Below, piece by piece: positions 31,285-42,500 of a DNA stretch of 64,000 nt. Position 1 is the stretch's first letter; each line of letters begins with the position of its first letter. The DNA is from Caecitellus pseudoparvulus. Its lineage: Eukaryota; Protista; Bigyra: Bicosoecida. The stretch spans positions 124,001-188,000 of the forward strand of contig CBFFRQ010000020.1 of assembly GCA_965644315.1 (NCBI GenBank). Reading direction: 5' to 3'. The position numbers were made by a program, and so were the translations under genes. The notes below the pieces were generated by a model. The model was not told the origin of the DNA. It did no database searches and saw only the letters and a list, made by a program, of their open reading frames with translations.

Positions 31285-33690
31285 ATGGACCCTGTCATCC
31301 AGCACATCCTGCGGGAGAATGCCATTCTCCTCACGCTAGAAGTGCATGACAATGAAGCATTGGTGCCCTGGCTCGCTGCTGTCCTAGAGCCTGTCGGCCT
31401 GAAAGTGGAGACGAGCGCTGCAGGCAAATCGCACCACGGCACGGCACACCTCCTCATCTTCGCGTCCCGAAACGGAGAAGCGCTGGTGCTCGAAGCGGAG
31501 CGCTGTGGACTGCTCAAACCTGCACAGCACCCACGCTTTTCTTCGCCGCCCCTGCAGCCGCTGGGTACAGGGACGGCAGCCTTGGCAGCCTGCCTCGCCG
31601 CGGCTCCGCCAGACCGCCACCGCCTGGCAGAGGCCCTTCCCCCGGCGGTGTTGCAGTCCGAGCCGCACAATGCGGCCCTTGCTCACCTCCGCCACCTTAT
31701 CACGCGTGCTTTGACGCCTGCTGATATCGTCATGCTCACACACCAGGTGTTAGAGGATGCCGTGGCTACAGTGGAGGATCTGGCAGAAGTCCTGGGCAAG
31801 AGTCAGGCAGAGCTGCTGCACCTGCGCGCTGGAACCCTGCCAACTGCAGTGGGAGACGCCATGCATGTGCTGCCTGTGTTGGAAGCGGCTGGGATCGTGG
31901 AGGGCATGTGCGCGCTGCATGTGGCGCGCCATGCCAAGGCTGCGTGGTGGTCGCTGGCTGCCCCTGCGAACTGGCTGGACATGTCCGCGGGGGTGCAAAC
32001 CATGCGAGAATACATGGGGGATGCCACTGGCCTGTACTTTGCCTGGATCGACTTCTCCCTCCGGTGGTTCCTCGTCCCAGGTCTCTTTGCAGCCGCCCTC
32101 TTCCTGCACCGCCCCAGCACGATGACCGTGGACACATCGCCGTATGTCCCCCTGTACTCCCTGCTCGTGGTGCCACTGTGGGGCATTCTCTTCGTGCGGG
32201 CGTGGCACCAACGCTCCGCCTTGCATGCGGCCGAGTGGGGCTCCCTGCCGCAGCTGCAGGACTCCGCCCGGGCTCACGAGGCTGGTGCCAGTGTGCGACG
32301 GCCACAATTCCGGGGGCATGTCGCCATTTCCCGCATCACAGGGCTGCCTTCCCTTGTGTTCCCCACCTACAAGCGCTGGCTAGCCTATGCTCGCTCTGTC
32401 GCTGTCACGGCAGCCATGATGGTGGGGGTCATGTTGCTGCTCGTGTGTTTCCTGAACCTTGAAGGGTACCTGCACGACCCCTCCTCCATCTTCCACGTAC
32501 CGTGGCTGTACAGCCTTGCCCGCCCAGGGGCTGTCTTTGACCCGAACCAAGACAACCTCATCCTTCCTCTCATCCCAGTGGTGCTTCACGTGGGGGTGAT
32601 TCTGTTTGTGAACCAAGTGGTGTACTCCCGGGTGGCTGAGTGGCTGACCGAGGCTGAGAACCATGAAACGCAGCAGGACTATGAATTCGCCCTGGCTGCC
32701 AAGCGCTTCATATTCGAAGCCTGTGACTGCTATCTCGCCATGTGCTACCTTGCTTTTGGCGCCCAGGACATCCTGCTCCTCCGCTCCGAGCTCGTGTCAG
32801 TGTACTACACTGACTCCCTCCGCAGGGTGCTGGTGGAGGCTGGCCTGCCCCTGGCACAAATGTGGCTGACCCTTGGTCGTCTGCCAGGCATTTGCCCCCG
32901 CCGTAAGCGCGGCAAGTCTGGCATGGCTGAGCCTGGCAGCCCTGACACAGAGGCTGAGGACTGGAGCGTGCAGGCCCAGCTGAGCAGGGGAGAGTACGAA
33001 GGAACCTTTGACGACCTGCTCGAGCTGGCCATTCAGCTGGGGTACATCACGCTGTTTGCTGCGGCCTTCCCCTTGGCATCCCTCGTGTCTGTCGCGACGA
33101 CGTGGCTTGAGGCCCGATCTGACGCCTTCAAGTACGCCTTCGCACTGCAGCGCCCCATCCCTCGCCGCCAGGCAGACATGGGGGTGTGGGAGTCGGTGCT
33201 TGTCGCACAGGCTTGGCTGGCAGTGCTCTCTAACGTTCTACTTTTTGGCCTGTCTTCTGACCAGCTGGCAGTGCTGGTGCCAGAGTGGTTCGACCACGTG
33301 GGCACCCACACGCGGCGCGGCGTCACTTCCCATGTGTACACGTTCAAGGCGGGGGAGGGACGTGATGCCATTGCTGCACTCTGGTGTATTGAGCACGTGG
33401 TCCTTGCCGCTGCGTTGTTGCTCTGGCTGCTGGTCCCTGCGCAGCCCAAAGCTGTTCAGGAGGCAGTGGCACGGCGACACTACGTGGAGGCGTTGGCTGC
33501 ACGGCAGCGTGAAGGTGGAGGAGTTGCCACCCCCCCCCCTGTGGATGAAGTGCTGCTGGATGGCGCAGGTGCCCTGGCTGCGCACTTGCAGGCCCTCCGC
33601 CAGGAAATCTGTGACCCGGTGGAGGAACTGGAGAAACGACCGAACGGGAGAGTGGCACTGGATGTCTCAAAACCAACCCACCAGCACTGA
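31285..33690 (+). CDS. Anoctamin/TMEM16 (ANO10/TMEM16K-like scramblase or Cl- channel)
   Basis: Motifs REYMGDATGLYFAW, WLTEAENHETQQDYE..KRFIFE, FDDLLELAIQLGYITLFAAAFPLA and EARSDAFK..QRP. Confidence 0.92.
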   Translation: MDPVIQHILRENAILLTLEVHDNEALVPWLAAVLEPVGLKVETSAAGKSHHGTAHLLIFASRNGEALVLEAERCGLLKPAQHPRFSSPPLQPLGTGTAALAACLAAAPPDRHRLAEALPPAVLQSEPHNAALAHLRHLITRALTPADIVMLTHQVLEDAVATVEDLAEVLGKSQAELLHLRAGTLPTAVGDAMHVLPVLEAAGIVEGMCALHVARHAKAAWWSLAAPANWLDMSAGVQTMREYMGDATGLYFAWIDFSLRWFLVPGLFAAALFLHRPSTMTVDTSPYVPLYSLLVVPLWGILFVRAWHQRSALHAAEWGSLPQLQDSARAHEAGASVRRPQFRGHVAISRITGLPSLVFPTYKRWLAYARSVAVTAAMMVGVMLLLVCFLNLEGYLHDPSSIFHVPWLYSLARPGAVFDPNQDNLILPLIPVVLHVGVILFVNQVVYSRVAEWLTEAENHETQQDYEFALAAKRFIFEACDCYLAMCYLAFGAQDILLLRSELVSVYYTDSLRRVLVEAGLPLAQMWLTLGRLPGICPRRKRGKSGMAEPGSPDTEAEDWSVQAQLSRGEYEGTFDDLLELAIQLGYITLFAAAFPLASLVSVATTWLEARSDAFKYAFALQRPIPRRQADMGVWESVLVAQAWLAVLSNVLLFGLSSDQLAVLVPEWFDHVGTHTRRGVTSHVYTFKAGEGRDAIAALWCIEHVVLAAALLLWLLVPAQPKAVQEAVARRHYVEALAARQREGGGVATPPPVDEVLLDGAGALAAHLQALRQEICDPVEELEKRPNGRVALDVSKPTHQH

Positions 33691-33752
33691 GACCCGGCTC
33701 GACTCAAGCTTCCCACACTTTTCTCTCTATCATCCGAGGGTGGGGGCGCTGG

Positions 33753-36329
33753 ATGGCTGAGGAGCCGGGCCTTGGCCCGGCTTACGATGTGCCAAGCACA
33801 CTGCCTGCCAAGTCCAGCGTAACGCCAGACCACAGCAATGTACCGCAGGCGCGGAAGCAGCATGGGCTTCCTCACTCCCCGGCCATGGCACGGGTGATGA
33901 GCAAGTTAAGGCACCTTTCCATGCAAGTCACGTCCCACGTAGAGGCGGCAGAGGCGGAGGCTGCCAAGGCTGCACGGGCTGCAGCGGAGGCTGAAACGAA
34001 ACGCAAGACCACGAAACGCCGGCGAAGAGCCACACGGAGCAAGCCAACGAAGGGCGGGGAAAAACTCGTGGGCCAAACCTCTCAAACTGGCATTGCGCCG
34101 TCCATTCCATCCCAGAGTCAGGCCAAGGCCATCGAGGGAGACTTCCGGCGCAGCCTGCATAGACAGAGCAAAGAGAGCTCCTCAAAGTTTGCTCCAGGGG
34201 CTGCAGCGGGGGGGAACTCCAACACAGTGCTTGCACAGGTTGCCAGCGCCCTCTCCCAACTTGAACAAGATGTAGGCTCTACCCTTGCCGCATCACGATT
34301 GTCTGCGGCGAAGAAGCGCTCCCAGGCGATTCACAGTGCTCGGCGTCGCATCCTTGCCACAGTGGACTCGCAGCTGGACGCAGCAGAGGAGGCGTTGGCG
34401 GAGGAGGGCGGGGTTGCTTTAGACGCAGCCATGCATGATGCCATGCAGGCGACGCATGCAGCCCTAGGCGAGGTTGTGCGAGCAGTGGCTGAAGATGCAC
34501 AACAGGCTGCAGGGGAGGTGGTAAAGCGTGGGCGCGCAGCGGGCAAGGCACTCCTTCGGCAAATGGCAGAGGCAGGGCAGGCTGCCATCGCTGCGCATGT
34601 ACAGGCTGTGACGGACCAAGCGGAAGCAGAAGGGCGCGAGGCGCTGCAGCGCCTGCGTGGCGAGCTGGAAAGCCAGGCGGCTGAGGCGTGCACGGCTGCA
34701 CACCAGTCGGCGATGCAAAGCGCGAGGGAGGCCATGGACAGGGTGCGGGAAGAAGCCGAACGTGCGCTGCAAGGGCGTCTGCAGGCGCTGCGAGATCGCC
34801 TGGCTGCTGCTGAGGAAGAGGCTGTCACTGCCGCCAAGCAACAAGTGCAGCAGGCTCACGAAGCGCGGCTGGCTAAAGAAACTGCCATGGCTCGCGCGGC
34901 AGCAGCAGTGCGGACCGAGAAGGCTGTGCAGCAGGCGATGGATGATGCGGCACAGGCCCGGGCCCTTGCCCTGGCGGAGCTCCAGGCCGACTTGAGCCGG
35001 GAGATCACTGACAAGCTGGAGGCGGCCAAAGCCGAACAGGCAGCACACACTCGCCAAGCAGTCGAAGAAGCTGCCCGGCGGGGCAGAGCAGCCTTACAGA
35101 CAGCCGTGGAAAAGTCCAAGGCAGATGCAGCCGAAGCCAGGCTTCGGGCAGTGCAGGAAGCTGAGGACAGCTGGCAGCAGCAGCGCCGGGAGCAGGTAGC
35201 TGCGCTGCGAGGCACGCTGGCAGAACGTGTTCAGGCAGACGTAGCCACCGCGCAAGCCCAAGCAGAGACCGCGCTGCGGTCCGAGCTTGCAGAAGTCCGA
35301 ACTCAAGCTGCCTCCAGGCGCGCTGCATCGCTGGCCCAAGCCCGCCGTGCGTGGCAGAGCCAGGGTGAGCAGTCCCTCGCAGCCCTCCGTCGGTCGCTTG
35401 CAGAGGAGCTCACACGGGAGGTCGCAAACAGCAGCAGCCGAGGGGCCGCTGCCTTGCAAAACGCTCTGGAGGAGCAAGAGAGGGGGCTGCGCGAGGTGGC
35501 GCGGCAGGCGCACACGCGGGTCAAAGCGGGCTGGAGCGCTGCAGTTGCGACGGCAGCACGGCAGCTGACAGAGGCTGCGGGGGTGGGGGACACGCCCCAA
35601 GCAGGTGCTGAAGAAGCAGCAACCTTGGACGAAGCATTGCAGGCCCTGGTCGAAGCTGCCAAGGGCATCTCAAGTGCCGAAGCCTTGCAGCCCGCTGGCA
35701 CTGCCTTAGCTGCTGTGGCCCGTGCGCTTGCCAGAGCTCAGGCAGAGAGCGAGGCCTGCACGGAGCGAGCCGTGCAGAGCACAAAGGCGGCCCTGATGGC
35801 ACGAGCACGCGCTGAGGCAGCCGAAGCAGAGGCTGCGTCTCTTCGGTCCCTTGCCCAAGGGGGGCGACACGAAGGGGACTCTGAAGGAAGCACAGTCGAC
35901 GGCCGCACTGCGGCCGAGTGGGCAGCCTTGGCCAAGTCCTTGTTCCGTGCGAACAAAGCCCTGGCCGGCGCACCAGCTGTGGGCGGCGAGCTTGCTGCTT
36001 CTGTTCAACCGCCGTTGCTCAGCGCAGATGTGTCAGGGTGGGTCTCCTGGACGCGAATGGGAGGAGAAGCTCCTCGTGCGGCTCTGCTGCATGCTCAGGG
36101 CAGCGACACGGCGTCGCTGGGGAGTGCTTCGGACACCAGCACGCTCGCCGCTGTGGAGGAGGCCCTGGGCGCTCAACAGCGTGCAGCACGCGTACCGAAA
36201 GCCACTGCCACGTCGGCAGCAGTGCAAGCTTCTGGCAAACCACCTCCCGGTATGCGCAGCCCAAGGATGGGCAACCGCAAAGTGGCTGGGCGCACGACAC
36301 AACCCAACCAAAAACCAGATGCGTCCTGA
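33753..36329 (+). CDS. Long Ala/Glu/Gln-rich coiled-coil protein of unknown function
   Basis: 858-aa ORF with an extended heptad-like A/E/Q/R composition and an N-terminal basic patch KRKTTKRRRR. No catalytic motif recognised. Confidence 0.7.
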   Translation: MAEEPGLGPAYDVPSTLPAKSSVTPDHSNVPQARKQHGLPHSPAMARVMSKLRHLSMQVTSHVEAAEAEAAKAARAAAEAETKRKTTKRRRRATRSKPTKGGEKLVGQTSQTGIAPSIPSQSQAKAIEGDFRRSLHRQSKESSSKFAPGAAAGGNSNTVLAQVASALSQLEQDVGSTLAASRLSAAKKRSQAIHSARRRILATVDSQLDAAEEALAEEGGVALDAAMHDAMQATHAALGEVVRAVAEDAQQAAGEVVKRGRAAGKALLRQMAEAGQAAIAAHVQAVTDQAEAEGREALQRLRGELESQAAEACTAAHQSAMQSAREAMDRVREEAERALQGRLQALRDRLAAAEEEAVTAAKQQVQQAHEARLAKETAMARAAAAVRTEKAVQQAMDDAAQARALALAELQADLSREITDKLEAAKAEQAAHTRQAVEEAARRGRAALQTAVEKSKADAAEARLRAVQEAEDSWQQQRREQVAALRGTLAERVQADVATAQAQAETALRSELAEVRTQAASRRAASLAQARRAWQSQGEQSLAALRRSLAEELTREVANSSSRGAAALQNALEEQERGLREVARQAHTRVKAGWSAAVATAARQLTEAAGVGDTPQAGAEEAATLDEALQALVEAAKGISSAEALQPAGTALAAVARALARAQAESEACTERAVQSTKAALMARARAEAAEAEAASLRSLAQGGRHEGDSEGSTVDGRTAAEWAALAKSLFRANKALAGAPAVGGELAASVQPPLLSADVSGWVSWTRMGGEAPRAALLHAQGSDTASLGSASDTSTLAAVEEALGAQQRAARVPKATATSAAVQASGKPPPGMRSPRMGNRKVAGRTTQPNQKPDAS

Positions 36330-36564
36330 ATGTCAGGCTGTGACTGGGCCGCCCGCGAGACCTTACTTTAGGTCTCCTCTGCAACCGTGTCTCTGAAGGC
36401 TGACGTTGCGTCGTGTTTCAGCAATTTCCGCACTTCACGCAAGCGCAAACACCGCCTTTCCACGGACCTTGCCTCCCAAACCAAATCCAAGCGCTGTTCT
36501 TTGCTGCACGTTCTGTGCGCCTTGCCATCGGCCACTGTCTCCTCGTCGGAGCTGGGCTCTGAAC

Positions 36565-39500
36565 ATGGCTCGCAAGACTGCTAACTCTGCCCGTAACCTC
36601 GCACTTGTCTTTGTCATCACCTGCGCTGCTGCCAGCCGTGCAGCTCTGCAGCGGGGCAGCGTGCGACTTATTGGTGGCGAGGAGAGTGTCTGTGAAGGTC
36701 GCGCCCTCGTATACACGGGACAGCAATGGGGCTCTCTGCCCTTGCGTAAGTGCGAGGTCGCCGGGCCATCTGCAACGTGCTTCTGCACCTACTTTCCCAT
36801 CGCTTCTCAGAGGGCCTGACGACGACAGACGCTGAAGTTCGTACGTGCACCCAGCGCTCGTGGGGGAACATTGCATGTGCATCACCAACCCCTGCCCCTC
36901 TCGCAGTGTGCCGGTCTGCTGGGTGTGGCGCTCTCACAACTGCCCCCTTTGCCTCGCCGTTCCAGTATGGTGGCCCTTTCAACTCTTCCGTGCCACTTGC
37001 TGCTGGAAACATCGACTGCACGTGCTCAGCTGCCCATGCAGACTGGTGCCGCTGGCAGCCTCCTGCTCCCGGCCCTGTAGACCATGCCCAAGACGCCATT
37101 TTACTCTGTGCTGAGCCACCGGGACCGTCACTCAACGTGGCCAGTGCCGCCGTGCACGTCACGGCGCCTAACCTTCCGGCCTTGGTTGAGCAAAACGTCA
37201 CCATTGCCCCTGCTGTGCCATGGTTTGAAACGCCAGAGCTCATGGTGGGGTTCTCCGTCTCCCCTGCTGCATGGTCGCTGATGGCAGGCAGCCCGGAAGC
37301 AGCTGACTACGTGGAGTGGGACCGAGTCAAGGCAGCCACTGCTTTGCATGTGGCATGGGAAGCCAGGACAGACATGGGCCAGTCCCCGTTGGGCAGCGTT
37401 TTGGGCGTGCGTGTGTATCTGGTGCGAGCCGACTTGCTTGCGACTCACTACGCTGACGCCACCAAGTCCGCATCCCCCTGCATTTCTGCAAGCCCTGGAG
37501 AAGGCAAGGCATTTGTGGACGACTTCCTCCCTTCAGAGTATTCCCGCAATGTCTTCGTGGCACCCGATAACTATGCGCTGAACGGCCCCTACTTTCCTGA
37601 GGTCGTGTCCCTCGGCTCTTTCGCCAATGCCAGCGGCAACGTCACGTGGTCCATACCAGGCAACTTCACCCAGCAGGCACCGTATGCAGTTGTTGTGCAG
37701 GTTTCCACGACTCTTGTAAACGGAAGCTGTGCGGCAGGGAGCGGGTCGGTGGCCCCATCACCGCCGGACCCTGCGTGCTTGTTCGACACCATCCCAGCTT
37801 GGGTCGAGATTCGACCTTGGCTTCCCACTCGATTGGCCAACTTGGAAGGGGAAGCTGTGGCTGGTGTTTCTGCCAACGTCTCAGATGTCAACACCACTTC
37901 CACGGCATTCCTGGCGGGGACAGTGCAGGTGGCGGGCCCTGACGGCACTTGGGGCACGGTGTGCTCTGGCAGGCAGGTGTCAACGTCACACGCCCCGCTT
38001 CCCTTCTTCTGGGAGGGCATCTACAGCCGCATTTACACGATCAATGTCCACCATGACACCTCTTTTTCCGTGGGGGGGGGTGACTTGGCATGCCGCGCAG
38101 CTGGCTTCGATGGCGCAGCTGCCGCTGGAGTGGCAAACTTGACGCAGTTCCCAATCGGCAGTGACCCAGCTACTGTCCTTGTGCGGGAGGTGCAGGCATG
38201 CTCGGATGCCTGGGAGACGCGGCGAAACGGGAAGGCCCCTGCCACGTTTGGCGGCTGCCTCCTTGACGCTGTGGGGGAGCTGCACCCCATCGGGCTGCCT
38301 GCCTGTGCACACCACAACCTCGACGGGGTGGTCAACTGTGTCAACCTGACAGCATTGCGTCAGCTCCATGCCGAAGTGGAGGCGCCCACCACTATGTCTG
38401 TCATTCGTCCTGATGCCTCCACACGGCTGTCACCGCATCCCGCTGTCCCGACAGCTTTGGTGCACCCAGCCCAGCCGGGCTACATCCTCCAGACCATGCT
38501 TGTGGTGCGCCTTGATGACATGCTGGGGCTTGGGCCTCTGACTGGCGTGCGAGTGGAACTGGTGAGGGAGTTGCCAGGAACTCCGGAGCATCCTTCGCCT
38601 CAGCGGGTTGTTGTTGGGAACGGAGCGTACGGTGTCCCCTCCTCTGCAGTCATCACTGCAGGGCACGAGGTGCACTTCGACACATTGACAACACTCAGGG
38701 CCTCAGGCCTCTTCAATGCCTCGATCTCCATTGACTTTGCTGCCCTTGCAGCTGCACAAGGGGTGGTGTCCCTGAACGACAGCGCGCTGTTTGGCTCGAA
38801 CTACCGCCTTCGTGTGCAGCCTCTGGGCGTTGACGGCTTGCTGCTCAACGTTTCTCACGATGCAGGCTTCCCGGTGTGCCCGCCCGCCTCTGGGTGGGTC
38901 CCCTCGTACTACTCTGACCAGTTCGCTGTGGAACCCGCCCCACGCGTTGGCGACTTGCGACTGCTGGAAGCTGACGGCTCTGTGAGTGTAGATGGCAGCG
39001 GTCGCGTGGAGGTGTTCTTTGCGAGCCCTGGGAGCCCTGCGGGTGGCCGCTGGGGACTGGTGTGCCACTACTTGTGGCAGAGGCCTGCTGCATCCGTCGC
39101 TTGTGCCCAGGCAGGCTTTCCTCGGTCCTATGCGGTGCCCACCTTCTGGGGAGCCTCCGGGCTGGGTGGTGAAGGCTTGACGTTCGGTGCTGACCTCGTG
39201 CAGTGCTTTGGCTCCGAGCAGCGCCTGGTGGACTGTAGCGGTCATTTCTCCTTTGCCGTGCAGTGTGAAGACCACGAGACTGCGGGAGTGGAGTGTGCCC
39301 CGTTTGACGGTGACACAGTGCCGGCCGGGCCGGACCTGGACGCCCAGAACTCGCCCCCCCAACTCACAGTACCCTCTCCTCTTCGTGGCGCTGTACTGCC
39401 CCTTTTCGATCCCCAAGTGCCGCACCAAGCCCCGCATTCCCCAGCCGAGCTATCCCGCTCGACGCTTGCCGTTCCAGCCTTTGTCCACTCTGCTTCTCCA

Positions 39501-42500
39501 GTGACCGGGACGGGTGCGTTGCCCTTCCCAGCTCTTGGTGGCTTCTCAGTTCAGCTGTGGAGGTATGGCATGCCGGCCTCTGTGAGTCACCTGGTCGACG
39601 AAGGTGGAAGCACCCTGTCCAGCGCGTACGATGGCTACGCGAGCTTCAGAATCGGCCTCACGCTCAATGTCTCTGAAATCATGGGGGTGCAAGGCCTTGT
39701 GTCTCCGCAGGATGTCCTCGGCGACGGCTATTCCATCCGCGTGACGCCCCTGCGAACACAACCATTCCCTGAGCTGTCGCCATGGCCCACCGGGTCCAAT
39801 TGTACAGACGATGTCTTCGCAGTGCAGTCAGAAAACTTCTCCGTGGCCGCGGTCCCCCCCAGCATGCCTGAAAGCAGATTCGGTGCGCTCCGGTTGTCAC
39901 GTGGAGGGCAGCCAACGGTAGACGGAGAGGGGTACGTTGAGATGTGGCTGCGTGATGAGCAGCGGTGGGGCACTGTTTGTTCCGAAAACGGAACATGGGG
40001 TGGATTTGCTGCTTCGGTGGCCTGTGGCCAAGCAGGCTTCGCTGCAGATGGCTTCCAGCGCTTTGCAGGAGCTGATGCCACGCTGCAGGTCGGACCCGCT
40101 CCCAGCATTGCCCCTGCCTTCGACGAGTTGCAGTGCCTGTCGCCAACTTGGGGAACGCTGCAAGTTTGTGCCAACAAGACCTCTGCAGTTGCCGCTTCAT
40201 CGAGCGTTTGCCAGTGCAGCGGCCCGGGCTGTGGCCCAGTGGCTGTCCAGTGCACACTTCCCTTCTGCAGCACCCCAGAGAGCTGCACTGGGCCGAACCC
40301 AATCATCATCAACGATGACGATGCTGTCGAAATCCCAAGGTATCCGGATGGCATCAACTCAGTGTTTCCTCGCTCAAAGCAGAAGTTTCTGGCCTTCAAC
40401 ACTCTGGAGTACCTCGCGCCTGTCCCTGATGCCAACGCCACCTCGCCTGGAGTTGGGCTGGTCGTCACCTTCATTGAGCTGCGCGTTCCCCTGCCGGCGT
40501 CCGGTATCCCGCCTGCTGTGCCTGCAGCCTTCGACGTAGACATCACACGGAACTTCCAGTTCGTGACAACTGTGCCAAACGTTGAAGTTTCCACTGTGGA
40601 TGCAGGGGCAGGTCAACCTTCCTTCAACGGGACAAGGATCAGGCTGGCCGTGAACTTCACAACGGACACGCTCGCAACTGTGGGAGGGGTGCCGCAGAGT
40701 GCAGCAGCAATTTGGGGGGGCGGCTATCGTTTTGAAGTGTACCCTTTGAAGCCCTCGGGGCGGCGCTTTTCCGGAAGCTCCGATTCGCCGCGTGGTTTGA
40801 ATTCTTCCATGTGGCGGCTGCAGGGCACGCCGGCGCAAGGGGACCTCCGCATCATGGACCGCATGACAAACTTGCCTGCTCGCGGAGAAGCCGGGCGCCT
40901 TGAAGTGTTCTTCAACTCCACCTGGGGCATGACTTGCGAGTTGTTCTGGGGCGTGCATGAGAGCCAGGTGGCGTGCCGCCAATTGGGCTTTCCGGAGAGT
41001 GGCGGCCGCACGCAGCTTCAAGCCTCCCCTGGCTCTGCTAGCCCCCCTGCAGATGCTCCCTGGCTCCTGTCAGACGTGTTTTGTCCCGGTTATGCGACCC
41101 GCATTGTCCAATGTCACCACCTTGGGTGGGGCCCAACGCTGGACAACGCCTGCATCAGGAATTGGTTCGAGGTGGGGGTGCATTGCTCCTGGGACTCTGA
41201 TGTGCCCCTGGTTGACCCCGCCGAGTGGCAGCACCAGCTGCACGACGACACGCCCATCCCTACGCAAGACGATGACTCGCTTGCTCCAACCTCGTCCGAC
41301 CCCTTCAACCAGGGCGTAGTGCCTGGGGCTTCCACTGGGCTAGGTGTTCCGCGGCTGGTGAACGGGACTGGGCAACCTTCGGGGTGCTCAGGAATGCTGG
41401 AACTGTGGGATCCTACTCGGGAGGCATGGCATGTTGTTTCTGAGGAGGGCTTCTCGCGCGTTGATGCTGAGGTCGCCTGCGCTGAATTACAGTGCGGCCC
41501 GCCCCAGGCTATTTCTACGTGCAGTGCAGAAGGCCCCGGCGCTTGCCCGCTGCATCTGCGTGGGGAAAGCAAGGTGGCCACGGGACACCTTGCCTGCGAT
41601 TGCAACGCAACGCGATTGGTGGAGTGCCAAGTGGACCTGAGCAGTGCCGGAGGCTGGGATGATTTCTTCGGCGGCACCGATGACACGCTGAGGCCCGCTC
41701 GCAGGCTCCATTCTGCACTTGCCTCGCCGTTTTCGGAGCTCGCCCAAGGTGCACCGGTGCCCTGGAGTCCCCGGGCCTGGCTCGACACTCTGCGCATTCC
41801 TCCGACTACTTGGGCGGTGCTGCCACCCGCTTCGCAGCTGCCACTGCAGGAACCAGGGGAGTCCACCTACCTTTGGGCCCTGCGGCTTGCCGCAATGGTG
41901 GCCACCGTGCCCCACATGCAAAGGGTACAGTCACGAGGTGCCAGTGCCGAGCTTCTGCGAGCTGCACGATCGCTGCGCATCCTCAGCGAAGCAGCAGACG
42001 CGCAGGCAGCCGTAGATGAGCTGGCCGGCAGCTTGGCAGCTAGCGACAGAGCATCGCGTCGGGGCGCCATTCACGCCGCCATGGTTGACATGCTGGATGC
42101 TGCGTCTCCCAGGCGGGAGCATCGCAGTTCCGCCTTGTCGCGCGTGCTTGCTCACGCAATTCCTGCTGCCGTGCAAGTGCGTGTCGGGCACGAGTTGCAA
42201 GCCATGTCCCAGCGCGCAGGAGCAGGCACGCCTGCGCTGACTGACGTCTTGCGGGCCTGGCACATGCACCACAAGACTGCCTCCAGTGTATTTGAGCCAG
42301 AACCCGCCGCGACGCTGCCCTTCTCCAGCCATGCGCATCTTCATGCGCGTTCGCTGCTGGCACGGTTCAGAGACCTGGCCGAGGAGGATTCGGAGGCACT
42401 CCCCTTGCCTCACTCAGCTGCCACGTGGTACGTGTCTGGGGACACTTCGGAAGGGCGTCGCCTGCAAACTGGGTTCACGATTCTCACAGACTCGTACTTG

